From: a virus
Virus record (IMG/VR): IMGVR_UViG_3300031519_004866
Strand: one strand, 5' to 3'
DNA length: 64,000 nt
Of this stretch, positions 56,286 through 64,000 are shown in pieces. Below the pieces are notes generated by a model, which saw only the letters and a list, made by a program, of their open reading frames with translations, was not told where the DNA came from and made no database searches. Numbering within the stretch: the stretch's first letter is position 1; each line of letters begins with the position of its first letter. Position numbers and translations under genes: made by a program.

Positions 56286-57048
56286 TGATTATAAACGTTG
56301 CTTTACATTTGGGTGTAGCATAACTAGATATAGATGGCCAACTTGGTCAGATATAATTAAACAAGAAATTCCTTCTACTTATAATTTTGCACAAAGCGGC
56401 GCAGGCAATTTGTTTATTGCTAATAGTATAACTGAAGCAAATTTACGTTATGAATTTAATAAAGATGATCTTGTAATTGTAATGTGGAGTTCAATATCAA
56501 GAGAAGATAGGTACCTTGACAATACTTGGATAACTCCTGGTAACATTACATCTCAAAATTTTTATAGTGCCGAGTGGGTTGACAAATGGTATGATGCTAG
56601 ATTTTATTTACTACGAGATCTTGCATTAATTGAATCTACTAGACAAGCTATGAAAGCTATTAATACAAATTTTCATATGTGGACTATGACAAAATTACCT
56701 ATAGTTCCTGCAGATCAATATAAGCAATCAAAGCCAGACACTGACATTCAAGAACTATATAAACACACTATTGCTGATTTAAAGCCTAGTATAGTTGATA
56801 CTATCTATCATGGCCAATGGCCAGTAACTCCAATTAAAGGACACGGAAAACATAGTCAGACTGCTGACTATCATCCTACACCTAAAGGACATGTAAAATA
56901 CATAGAAAAAATGCTACCTACTCATCGTGTTACTTCTAACATGACAGAATATGCACATCAATCTGAAATGAAAGTGCGTGAAGCAAAATCTTTTAAAGAC
57001 TTAGAAACTTGGTGGAATGAACACAATAACAAGCAAAGTAGATTATAA
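56272..57048 (+). CDS. SGNH/GDSL-type hydrolase or acyltransferase
   Basis: FTFGCS block I, GAGN block II, DYHP block V. Confidence 0.65.
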   Translation: MKNFSDYKRCFTFGCSITRYRWPTWSDIIKQEIPSTYNFAQSGAGNLFIANSITEANLRYEFNKDDLVIVMWSSISREDRYLDNTWITPGNITSQNFYSAEWVDKWYDARFYLLRDLALIESTRQAMKAINTNFHMWTMTKLPIVPADQYKQSKPDTDIQELYKHTIADLKPSIVDTIYHGQWPVTPIKGHGKHSQTADYHPTPKGHVKYIEKMLPTHRVTSNMTEYAHQSEMKVREAKSFKDLETWWNEHNNKQSRL

Positions 57049-58193
57049 TGGCCTGTTTAAATTCTAAAGATTTATTTTATCTACAAACATACAATTCAAA
57101 TAATCCTAATAAGATTCCGATGGATAGTAATCCTGCTGAAAATGCAAAACTAAAACTTAACTTAGATTACGTGTATATACAATTTTCTGGCCCAAACAGT
57201 TTTGAATGTTATCCGTTAGATACTATTTTAGATCAACACACTATTCATGAATTGCAGATTAACAATATATATTTGGTGTTAGATAACTCGTTAGAATACT
57301 TCTACGAAAGTGTAGATGCAATATACAAACACATAGTTAATAAGTACAACATTCCAGCAAGTCAAGTTGTATTCTTGTCAGGTGTGCCAACTATGTTACG
57401 CTATACACTAAGCTATTGTAAAAAGAATAATGCTGAACAAATTAAAATTATGTGGTATAGCTTGTTTGAAACAACCGGTAAAGATACTATACGACAACGA
57501 AACGCTCTACCAACGTTAGAAAAGAAACGTAAGTATACTAAAAAGTTTCTTAATTTAAATAGAAGATGGAGATTGCATCGTCCTTTATTAGTTACAATGC
57601 TATATGATAGAGGATTATTAGATGAAGGGTATGTTAGCCTAGCACCATCAGATGATCGTAGAGAGTGGAAACAAATATGGAATTGGTTAAGTAAAAAACA
57701 TTATGGCCACAAAGAAATTACTAAGATATTAAAAAGATCTGAAGGAGTGCAGCAGTTGCCTCCTATGTATCTTGATGAGAAAGATTTAGTTACTAATAGA
57801 GCAGAACACCAACCTTCAATTGAATCTTACTATCAAGAAACATTTTTTAGTGTAGTTAGTGAAACTACATTTTATGAAAACGTGCCATTTCTAAGCGAAA
57901 AAATATTTAAAACTATTGCTATGGGTCATCCGTTTATACTTGTAGGTTCACCAAATACGTTACAGTATCTTAAAAAATTAGGATATAAAACGTTTGCTCC
58001 GCACATTAACGAGCATTACGATTCGATAGAAGATCATGGTGATAGAGCTATTGCTATTGTAGATGAAATTGAACGGATATGCAAATTAAATAAAACTGAA
58101 TGGCGAGAATGGATGTCCAAAGTACGCCCAATTGCAGAGCATAATTACAAGGTATTATACCGTAGACAACAGCTTATAAAGCCTATGAATTAG
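57048..58193 (+). CDS. GT10/fucosyltransferase-like protein (paralog of 55044)
   Basis: LNRRWRLHR and VVSET...FLSEKIFKTIAMGHPFIL. Confidence 0.5.
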   Translation: MACLNSKDLFYLQTYNSNNPNKIPMDSNPAENAKLKLNLDYVYIQFSGPNSFECYPLDTILDQHTIHELQINNIYLVLDNSLEYFYESVDAIYKHIVNKYNIPASQVVFLSGVPTMLRYTLSYCKKNNAEQIKIMWYSLFETTGKDTIRQRNALPTLEKKRKYTKKFLNLNRRWRLHRPLLVTMLYDRGLLDEGYVSLAPSDDRREWKQIWNWLSKKHYGHKEITKILKRSEGVQQLPPMYLDEKDLVTNRAEHQPSIESYYQETFFSVVSETTFYENVPFLSEKIFKTIAMGHPFILVGSPNTLQYLKKLGYKTFAPHINEHYDSIEDHGDRAIAIVDEIERICKLNKTEWREWMSKVRPIAEHNYKVLYRRQQLIKPMN

Positions 58194-58336
58194 GTGCCTA
58201 AGACGTATTTTAAGCGTCATACAGCGTGTTTAACATGTACTACTAACACTTAACGCTCTCTGCTTAAAACCAGGCTTAAACGGTCTTTTAAGTATATTTT
58301 GTAAATATATACAGTTATTTGAAAAGGAAAAATGTA

Positions 58337-59515
58337 ATGAAAATTGGATTCATAGGACTAGGCAAATTGGGGTTACCATGCGCTGAAGCTATTGCTCAAA
58401 AAGGACATAACGTTTCTGGATATGATACTAGAGAAGTTACAAGTAATTTAGTAACAGTACATTCGTCAATATCAACAATGGTTAAAGATCGAGATATTGT
58501 TTTTGTAGCAGTACCTACACCTCATGATCCTTCATATGATGGTAGAGCACCAACAGCACATTTAGAACCTAAAGATTTTAGTTATGACATTGTAATAGAT
58601 GTACTAAAAGAAGCAAACGCTAATATGAGCAAAGACCAATTACTAGTCCTTATTAGCACAGTACTACCAGGAACAACAAGAGAAGAATTTGTACCTTTAA
58701 TACATAACACACGGTTTGTATACAACCCATACTTAATTGCAATGGGTACTGTTGCACACGACATGGTCAATCCAGAGATGGTAATGATTGGTACAGAAGA
58801 TGGTAGTGAAACCGGTGATGCCAAACAACTTGTAGACTTCTATAAAACAATTATGGAAAACAATCCAAGATACGAAATTGGCACCTGGGATGAATGCGAG
58901 TGTATCAAAGTTTTTTATAATACATTTATTAGCACGAAACTTGGACTTGTTAATATGATTCAAGATGTTGCTGAAAAGCAAGGACACATTAATGTAGATG
59001 TTGTTACAGATGCGTTAGCTAACAGTACACAACGTATTATGGGACCTAGTTATATGAAAGCAGGACTAGGCGATGGCGGTGGATGTCATCCACGTGACAA
59101 TATTGCACTGCGCTACATGGCAGACAAATTAGATTTGGGCTATGATATTTTTGATGCTATTATGAATGCTAGAGAAATACAAGCAAAGAATATGGCACAG
59201 GTATTAATTGACAACGCTACGCAGTACGATCTTCCTATCTTACTTAACGGTATTGCTTATAAGCCTGGAGTTCCGTATGTTGATGGCAGTTATGCACTAC
59301 TAGTAGGACATTATTGTAACGAAGCAGGATTTCCGCCAATTCAAATTGATCCGTTAGCATTTGAACCAAACAATAGAACATACAGTGCTGTTGTTCTTAT
59401 GTCTCATCCTGAGCTGTATGTATCGTTAAATGACGATAGTGTTGTAGTTGATCCGTGGAGAGAATACAAATCTAACAGACATAAAGTAATTCATTACGGT
59501 AATACTAGAACATAA
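58337..59515 (+). CDS. ugd: UDP-glucose/GDP-mannose dehydrogenase family protein
   Basis: GLGKLG Rossmann motif, VAVPTP, STVLPGTT, KVFYNTF, GGGCHPRD catalytic Cys. TAAATA at 58302. Confidence 0.9.
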   Translation: MKIGFIGLGKLGLPCAEAIAQKGHNVSGYDTREVTSNLVTVHSSISTMVKDRDIVFVAVPTPHDPSYDGRAPTAHLEPKDFSYDIVIDVLKEANANMSKDQLLVLISTVLPGTTREEFVPLIHNTRFVYNPYLIAMGTVAHDMVNPEMVMIGTEDGSETGDAKQLVDFYKTIMENNPRYEIGTWDECECIKVFYNTFISTKLGLVNMIQDVAEKQGHINVDVVTDALANSTQRIMGPSYMKAGLGDGGGCHPRDNIALRYMADKLDLGYDIFDAIMNAREIQAKNMAQVLIDNATQYDLPILLNGIAYKPGVPYVDGSYALLVGHYCNEAGFPPIQIDPLAFEPNNRTYSAVVLMSHPELYVSLNDDSVVVDPWREYKSNRHKVIHYGNTRT

Positions 59516-59544
59516 AAAAAAAGCTAGTATTTCTACTAGCTCTT
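59514..59544 (-). terminator. Rho-independent (likely bidirectional) terminator
   Basis: Minus strand: AGCTAGTA-GAAA-TACTAGCT followed by a run of 8-9 T, between convergent genes. Confidence 0.85.
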
Positions 59545-59556
59545 TAATTTGAGAAA

Positions 59557-59865
59557 CTACAATAGTTTATTTGTTCGATCTTGAATCTCTTTCTTAAGAA
59601 GATCTATATTAATTTTAAAATCTACCTTCTTTATAGAATCTTTATATTCATTCATTGTTTGTAGCAATTTTTTTGCTACAGAATCTGGGTCATCTTGAAC
59701 AAGATGTTCTTTGATGTTAATCTCCCAAATCCTTCCATCATTAAATTCTAATAGCATTGCATCCAAATACGCAACGGGCATAGTATTCATATAGAGGTCG
59801 TCGAACACTTCTGGCCATTCCTTGACCAGATGCTTCGGTGGACGAAAGTACTGTTTGCTAGACAC
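59557..59865 (-). CDS. Hypothetical protein
   Basis: 102-aa ORF ending at the terminator. Confidence 0.7.
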   Translation of the reverse strand: MSSKQYFRPPKHLVKEWPEVFDDLYMNTMPVAYLDAMLLEFNDGRIWEINIKEHLVQDDPDSVAKKLLQTMNEYKDSIKKVDFKINIDLLKKEIQDRTNKLL

Positions 59866-60496
59866 TCTCAGACACTTTAGTTGCCGTCTTAGCTTTACGC
59901 TTAGTTGGAACTAGGTCTTCTGCTTGGCGTCTTAATTCAGCAGCTTCTTTGCTGAGTCTATCAGCTTGTGATCTAAATGACTTAGCAAGATCATCATCAC
60001 TCAATACACCGTTATCTGATGCTTGTGTAACTGGAGCAGCTTCTGCAATTGGAGCAGCTTTCTTAGGCTCTAGACTATTGTCTCTTTGAGCTTTTGGAGC
60101 ACCGCTTACAAATGTATGCAAGTCGTCAATAGCACAATTTTTTTGTTCAGCAATAAATCCATTTAATTCATTTAATTGAATTGCTTGAACAGACGTTGGT
60201 GTCATAGTAACGTTCGCTGTTGGAACTTTCTTAAGACGATTGTCTGCCTGCATTGCTTGAAGCATAGGACGTCCGTCTGGGAAAGAGTTTCTAAACATAA
60301 ACTCACCTAGTTCAAACGCTTCTTGTGCTTGTTCTGTTTCGATAAGCTTCATTAAGCTATCGTGATAGTTATCAGGTAGTGTTGCTGTTTGCAATACTAG
60401 TGCGTTATCTGATTCTCCTGGAAGAGTTCTAAATACAACAGCAACGTGGTCACCGGTATTAGTCATCTTTCCAACATGTTTAATATTTCTAGCCAT
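59858..60496 (-). CDS. Hypothetical protein
   Basis: Likely start ATG 60496 (MARNIKHVG), with a C-terminal coiled coil. Confidence 0.7.
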   Translation of the reverse strand: MARNIKHVGKMTNTGDHVAVVFRTLPGESDNALVLQTATLPDNYHDSLMKLIETEQAQEAFELGEFMFRNSFPDGRPMLQAMQADNRLKKVPTANVTMTPTSVQAIQLNELNGFIAEQKNCAIDDLHTFVSGAPKAQRDNSLEPKKAAPIAEAAPVTQASDNGVLSDDDLAKSFRSQADRLSKEAAELRRQAEDLVPTKRKAKTATKVSESV

Positions 60497-60758
60497 TATC
60501 TGCTTCTCCTTGATCTTTCTGTTGTTGTGAAACAACGTGATCTAAAAACGTTGACAATTTATTAAATGCTTTACCTACTGCTTCAAGTTCTGCAGCTTTA
60601 AAAGCACCTCGTTGTGTTGCAACTTCAATAATGCTTTTTACAGCAGTTAAGTCACTAATGTTTAAGTCAGGTGCTGCTGGAGCATCTGCTTGGGGAGTAG
60701 GAACAGGACCACCAACTGGTGCTTCTGTAGCTACTGGGTCTTTTGTTTCTTCAGCCAT
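60489..60758 (-). CDS. Hypothetical protein
   Basis: 89 aa with an AGGAG RBS; DLTAVKSIIEVATQRGAFKAAEL. Confidence 0.7.
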   Translation of the reverse strand: MAEETKDPVATEAPVGGPVPTPQADAPAAPDLNISDLTAVKSIIEVATQRGAFKAAELEAVGKAFNKLSTFLDHVVSQQQKDQGEADNG

Positions 60759-60759
60759 T

Positions 60760-61029
60760 CTAGTTTCTCCTTAAGTATGGACAAGCTAACATAAAATACG
60801 TTAACTCTTTTTCTTCTTCAAACCCTACAAATGTAGATGTTTTGAATTGGTTACTACTAACGTTAGGGTATGCATTAATGCTAAACCTTCCGATAGTTTT
60901 TTCTTTGATCCAATCAATAATTTGATAATCATATCTTTCATTATCAGATATCTTCATGGTAGAAAAGTGCGGAGGCATGCTCTTTACTTCTCTAGATCTT
61001 AGTACGTCTAATGGATTAAGTTCAATCAT
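60760..61029 (-). CDS. Hypothetical protein
   Basis: 89 aa, with TATAAATA upstream at 61037-61044. Confidence 0.65.
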   Translation of the reverse strand: MIELNPLDVLRSREVKSMPPHFSTMKISDNERYDYQIIDWIKEKTIGRFSINAYPNVSSNQFKTSTFVGFEEEKELTYFMLACPYLRRN

Positions 61030-61064
61030 TGTATAATATTTATAATATGCTCAGTTAATGGGAG

Positions 61065-61469
61065 TTAATCTTGGTTCTTAGTTTCTTCAGTAATTCTTTT
61101 AGCTAATGCTTTGTTATAGCCCATTTTACTTATATCGCCACTAAACAGATATAATTCAAACGCTGACTTCTCTTTAAGCACACTAATAGACGTCTTAGTT
61201 ATATAATACGGCGATTCGATAAAATTGTCAAGCCATAAAAGTACTTGTGGTGTAATTTTAAACTGTTTTGGAAATTTTACTTGATATGTTTTAATCTGTG
61301 CAACATCATGTATAAATGTAACAGCATCATCTGTTAATCTTAAACCACCATTGGATTTACTTCTTACATTCCACCACCATTGAGGTTTCTTTTCTTTGAT
61401 GTCTTCTGTTCCCGCTGACAACCCTGCTGCTTTTAAAAAAACCCTAGTGTAATTGTCTTTGTGATCCAT
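61065..61469 (-). CDS. Hypothetical protein
   Basis: 134-aa ORF. Confidence 0.7.
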   Translation of the reverse strand: MDHKDNYTRVFLKAAGLSAGTEDIKEKKPQWWWNVRSKSNGGLRLTDDAVTFIHDVAQIKTYQVKFPKQFKITPQVLLWLDNFIESPYYITKTSISVLKEKSAFELYLFSGDISKMGYNKALAKRITEETKNQD

Positions 61470-61473
61470 ACCA

Positions 61474-61758
61474 TTACTCTTCCACCGCTCCAGAAGTTAG
61501 TGTGTAGACTTTAAATTCAGTAGTATTAAACATTGAGTTTAATTTCTTTGCTAAGTTTCTAGCATGTCCAGGATTAGAAAAAGACACCTTTTTATATTTA
61601 GGTCCCGGGTAACTAGACACCATACTTCCGCTTTTTAAGTTAAACGGTTTTCCTTTATAGAAGACCGCCCAAATTGCTTCGCTCTCTAAGATTTGTTCTG
61701 CTTTATATGTTTCTCGATTGATATGTTCGAGAATAACATTTGGTTTTGGCCTGCTCAT
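61474..61758 (-). CDS. Hypothetical protein
   Basis: 94 aa, with ATAAATA upstream at 61790-61796. Confidence 0.7.
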   Translation of the reverse strand: MSRPKPNVILEHINRETYKAEQILESEAIWAVFYKGKPFNLKSGSMVSSYPGPKYKKVSFSNPGHARNLAKKLNSMFNTTEFKVYTLTSGAVEE

Positions 61759-61802
61759 ATACGTAACCCTTTTTAATTAACTACGTATATATTTATCCTT
61801 TT

Positions 61803-62051
61803 TTAGAACTGTCCGCCTTCAAACTTTACGTCTACTTGCTCACTATTTTGTCTAATCTGCTTTAATTGTTCGTTAATGTCTGTAACAACCACGCCTAGCT
61901 TAGCCGTAAACAACGATAATTCAAGTGTCAATGCTCTTGCTTCAGCAATAGTAATTCTTACTTCTTTTTGATGAGTTTGCTCTGCAACAGCAATACGTTG
62001 TAGCACCTTCTCTATGCTGGGAAGCGATTGAGGAAGGTTACTTGTTGACAT
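61803..62051 (-). CDS. Hypothetical protein
   Basis: 82-aa ORF overlapping the previous stop. Confidence 0.6.
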   Translation of the reverse strand: MSTSNLPQSLPSIEKVLQRIAVAEQTHQKEVRITIAEARALTLELSLFTAKLGVVVTDINEQLKQIRQNSEQVDVKFEGGQF

Positions 62052-62514
62052 TTGATAGTACCTGTTTCATTTCTAAATCAGTCTTAAATGGCCCTTTATA
62101 CGCATATCGTTGCAGTGTAATGAGCTTAGGACAGAATGATTTAACCCATCCTTTATCGAATTTAATTACATAATAGCCTGCACAGTACAAACTCTTTGAG
62201 TCTTTACTTTTTGTAAACAGTGGCAAACGTTTCTGTATATCATACATTGAGTTATGCGGTGAAGTGCTACACTTATACCCTTGTACTTCGTTAGGTAAAG
62301 CATCTGTAGCTTCTTTTATAATCTTAGCAACAAAAAAGTCTTTTCCGTACTCTTTTACAATGCTTGATTTACTATTATAGAACTTAACACCGTGTTCGTT
62401 ACTAAAAACAAACTTGTCTTCGTTCTTTCTAAGTGTTCCTACTTTTTGTCCTGCATTTTCTACAATCCAAAACTTTCCATCTAAAATGGGTTTTGCTTTT
62501 AGGTCTAGTGTCAT
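62038..62514 (-). CDS. Hypothetical protein
   Basis: 158-aa ORF coupled to rnh. Confidence 0.7.
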   Translation of the reverse strand: MTLDLKAKPILDGKFWIVENAGQKVGTLRKNEDKFVFSNEHGVKFYNSKSSIVKEYGKDFFVAKIIKEATDALPNEVQGYKCSTSPHNSMYDIQKRLPLFTKSKDSKSLYCAGYYVIKFDKGWVKSFCPKLITLQRYAYKGPFKTDLEMKQVLSNVNK

Positions 62515-63500
62515 ACTGTGTTATACCTCGCATTTAATGGCTCAGCATATGCCTGCGCCTGATCTGTAATTCTTTTTAAGTCATATAAATGACAGAACTT
62601 CATTAGCCTAATACCAACTTGACTAACGTCCTTGTTAGCAACCATTGCTTCTTCAATTACATCATTAATAATAGTTCTAATGTTACTAGGTTGCATTGAT
62701 AAATCAATTAGTACACGGTTACGTTCGTAATCGTCTAGTACACGATGTTCTGCACCGTTATGATCTACCCAACGTTGCAACATCAAGTTATTCCAGTTGT
62801 AACCTTTTGTAGTCTTATCTTCAAACGCTTCAGTTAAACCAACTTTGTTCTTAGTGCCTTTCTTACGTACACCAGGGTAAGCACTAAACACATTATCACT
62901 TGTGTCACCACGCATACACTTTTCAAACAATAACCATTGAGGATCTGGAATAGCTTTAGGCAGCTTAGTTTTATTATCAATAACAAACTTGCCTTTCTTA
63001 TCAAAGAAGCCTTCATGTGTAGTTGTTACTTCTTGTACACCATTATACAGTTTACAGTTAGGTGCAACTAGTTGCTGAAAGTCTGTATCTGTACTAATAA
63101 TAACATGATCAACATCAGGATGTGCTTGTACCCAACCTGCAATAAGATCATCTGCTTCTAGCTGTTTGTGTTGCATAACAGTACAGTTAGTCTTATCTGT
63201 AACAAAGTCTTTAAATGTATCAAACGCTTCCCAAAAGATCTTTTCTTCTTCTTGCTGTTGTTCGTTATGTGCTGCACGAGCATCACTTCTATTACGTTTG
63301 TAAGGCTCGTAATAGTCTTTGCGCCAACTACGACCTTCTAAGCAGAATATAACATGAGTGCCATCGAAGTCTTGCCATGCTTTCTTAATACTGTTAAGTG
63401 TAATATGAAAAGCCATACCTAACTTAATGTCTGCACTACCATTAATAACGTGTCTTGCACGGAAAAATGTATTTGCTGTATCTACTATAATATGTGTCAT
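62511..63500 (-). CDS. rnh: T4-type RNase H / 5'-3' exonuclease (FEN-like)
   Basis: IIVDTAN, SWRKDYYEPYKRNR, LEADDLIA, ISTDTDFQQL, RGDTSDNV. Confidence 0.9.
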   Translation of the reverse strand: MTHIIVDTANTFFRARHVINGSADIKLGMAFHITLNSIKKAWQDFDGTHVIFCLEGRSWRKDYYEPYKRNRSDARAAHNEQQQEEEKIFWEAFDTFKDFVTDKTNCTVMQHKQLEADDLIAGWVQAHPDVDHVIISTDTDFQQLVAPNCKLYNGVQEVTTTHEGFFDKKGKFVIDNKTKLPKAIPDPQWLLFEKCMRGDTSDNVFSAYPGVRKKGTKNKVGLTEAFEDKTTKGYNWNNLMLQRWVDHNGAEHRVLDDYERNRVLIDLSMQPSNIRTIINDVIEEAMVANKDVSQVGIRLMKFCHLYDLKRITDQAQAYAEPLNARYNTV

Positions 63501-63528
63501 TACGTTGCCTTTAATTGTTTATAGTGTT

Positions 63529-63557
63529 ATTATACGCTCTTTTACGCACAATGTCAA
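63529..63557 (-). promoter_or_regulatory. Perfect sigma70 consensus promoter for rnh
   Basis: TTGACA (63557-63552)-17 nt-TATAAT (63534-63529). Confidence 0.85.
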
Positions 63558-63934
63558 TCATTATTTCTTTTTACATTGTTAATATCAATGTTGCCAGTTT
63601 GAAGACCATCTAAAGGCCCGCCAAAGTCACCATCAACAACTACGTTAGCACATAGTTCACGAAACCATCGATCAACAATTTCTTCATGCTTGTCATTGTC
63701 AACTCCGTATCCTTCTTTGATCAAACGTTTAATAAACAGATCATTCCAGTCGAGTTCAAAGAACCCGTTCTTTACATTATCTTTATTAATGTGTGTATCA
63801 ATTACACCTACCCACGGTTGCTTCTTTTTAGTTGCTAAATCTTTAGCACTAAGCAGTTTATTCTGTTCTTCGTCTTTAGCTTTGTTAATTTCTTTAATTT
63901 TATCTAAGCCAAGTATTTTTGTTAAAAATGACAT
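63554..63934 (-). CDS. Hypothetical protein
   Basis: 126 aa with an AAGGAG RBS; PWVGVI...GFFELDWNDLFI. Confidence 0.7.
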   Translation of the reverse strand: MSFLTKILGLDKIKEINKAKDEEQNKLLSAKDLATKKKQPWVGVIDTHINKDNVKNGFFELDWNDLFIKRLIKEGYGVDNDKHEEIVDRWFRELCANVVVDGDFGGPLDGLQTGNIDINNVKRNND

Positions 63935-63943
63935 ATATTCTCC

Positions 63944-64000
63944 TTAAGTTCCAATTGCATTACCAAATAAGTATACATGTACTCTAGCAGCTACATTATA
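63944..64000 (-). CDS. C-terminal fragment of a possible QueE-like radical SAM enzyme
   Basis: Manual translation YNVAARVHVYLFGNAIGT* resembles the QueE C-terminal RxHxxxxG...G motif. Only 18 codons are visible. Confidence 0.4.
   Translation of the reverse strand, partial: YNVAARVHVYLFGNAIGT

Noticed and set aside
58194-58336. Small RNA or riboswitch upstream of ugd
   Set aside because: Only a weak GACG/CGTC stem and AT-rich sequence, adequately explained by a promoter/terminator spacer.
1-64000. Alternative genetic code (stop-codon reassignment, as in some jumbo phages)
   Set aside because: Long genes are intact under the standard code, and TAG, TGA and TAA all terminate tightly coupled genes.

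Overview
This window is part of a large, AT-rich, T4-like (Tevenvirinae/Kyanoviridae-style) myophage genome. It is not a bacterial chromosome or a stand-alone contractile injection system. Left end, mostly minus strand: a partial tape-measure gene; a divergent gp26/gp51-like chaperone pair joined by an apparent programmed -1 frameshift; two low-complexity probable internal head proteins; a ~600-bp ORF-free, heavily base-paired intergenic element; a stand-alone GIY-YIG nuclease; an Hc1-like basic protein; gp46/gp47; and a gp55-like late sigma factor. Middle, plus strand 11.9-47.3 kb: a baseplate module (gp48/54-, gp53-, gp27-, gp5-, gp25-, gp6-like), a 4592-aa multi-domain baseplate/adhesin protein, four tail fibres sharing an N-terminal anchor domain, a 2OG-Fe(II) oxygenase, and two paralogous virion proteins. 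At 47.3-59.5 kb is a co-oriented glycan-modification cluster: GT-A and GT10-like transferases, two SPASM-first radical SAM enzymes, an SGNH protein and a UDP-sugar dehydrogenase. Right end, minus strand: small hypotheticals, T4-type RNase H, and a possible QueE C-terminal fragment. The strongest novelty candidates are (1) the structured element at ~6900-7450, which carries a repeated TGTGAC...GATGATG motif and sits directly downstream of the GIY-YIG nuclease, (2) the gp26-gp51 frameshift, and (3) the late-expressed glycosylation cluster. All protein calls come from motif recognition by eye; no database searches were run.
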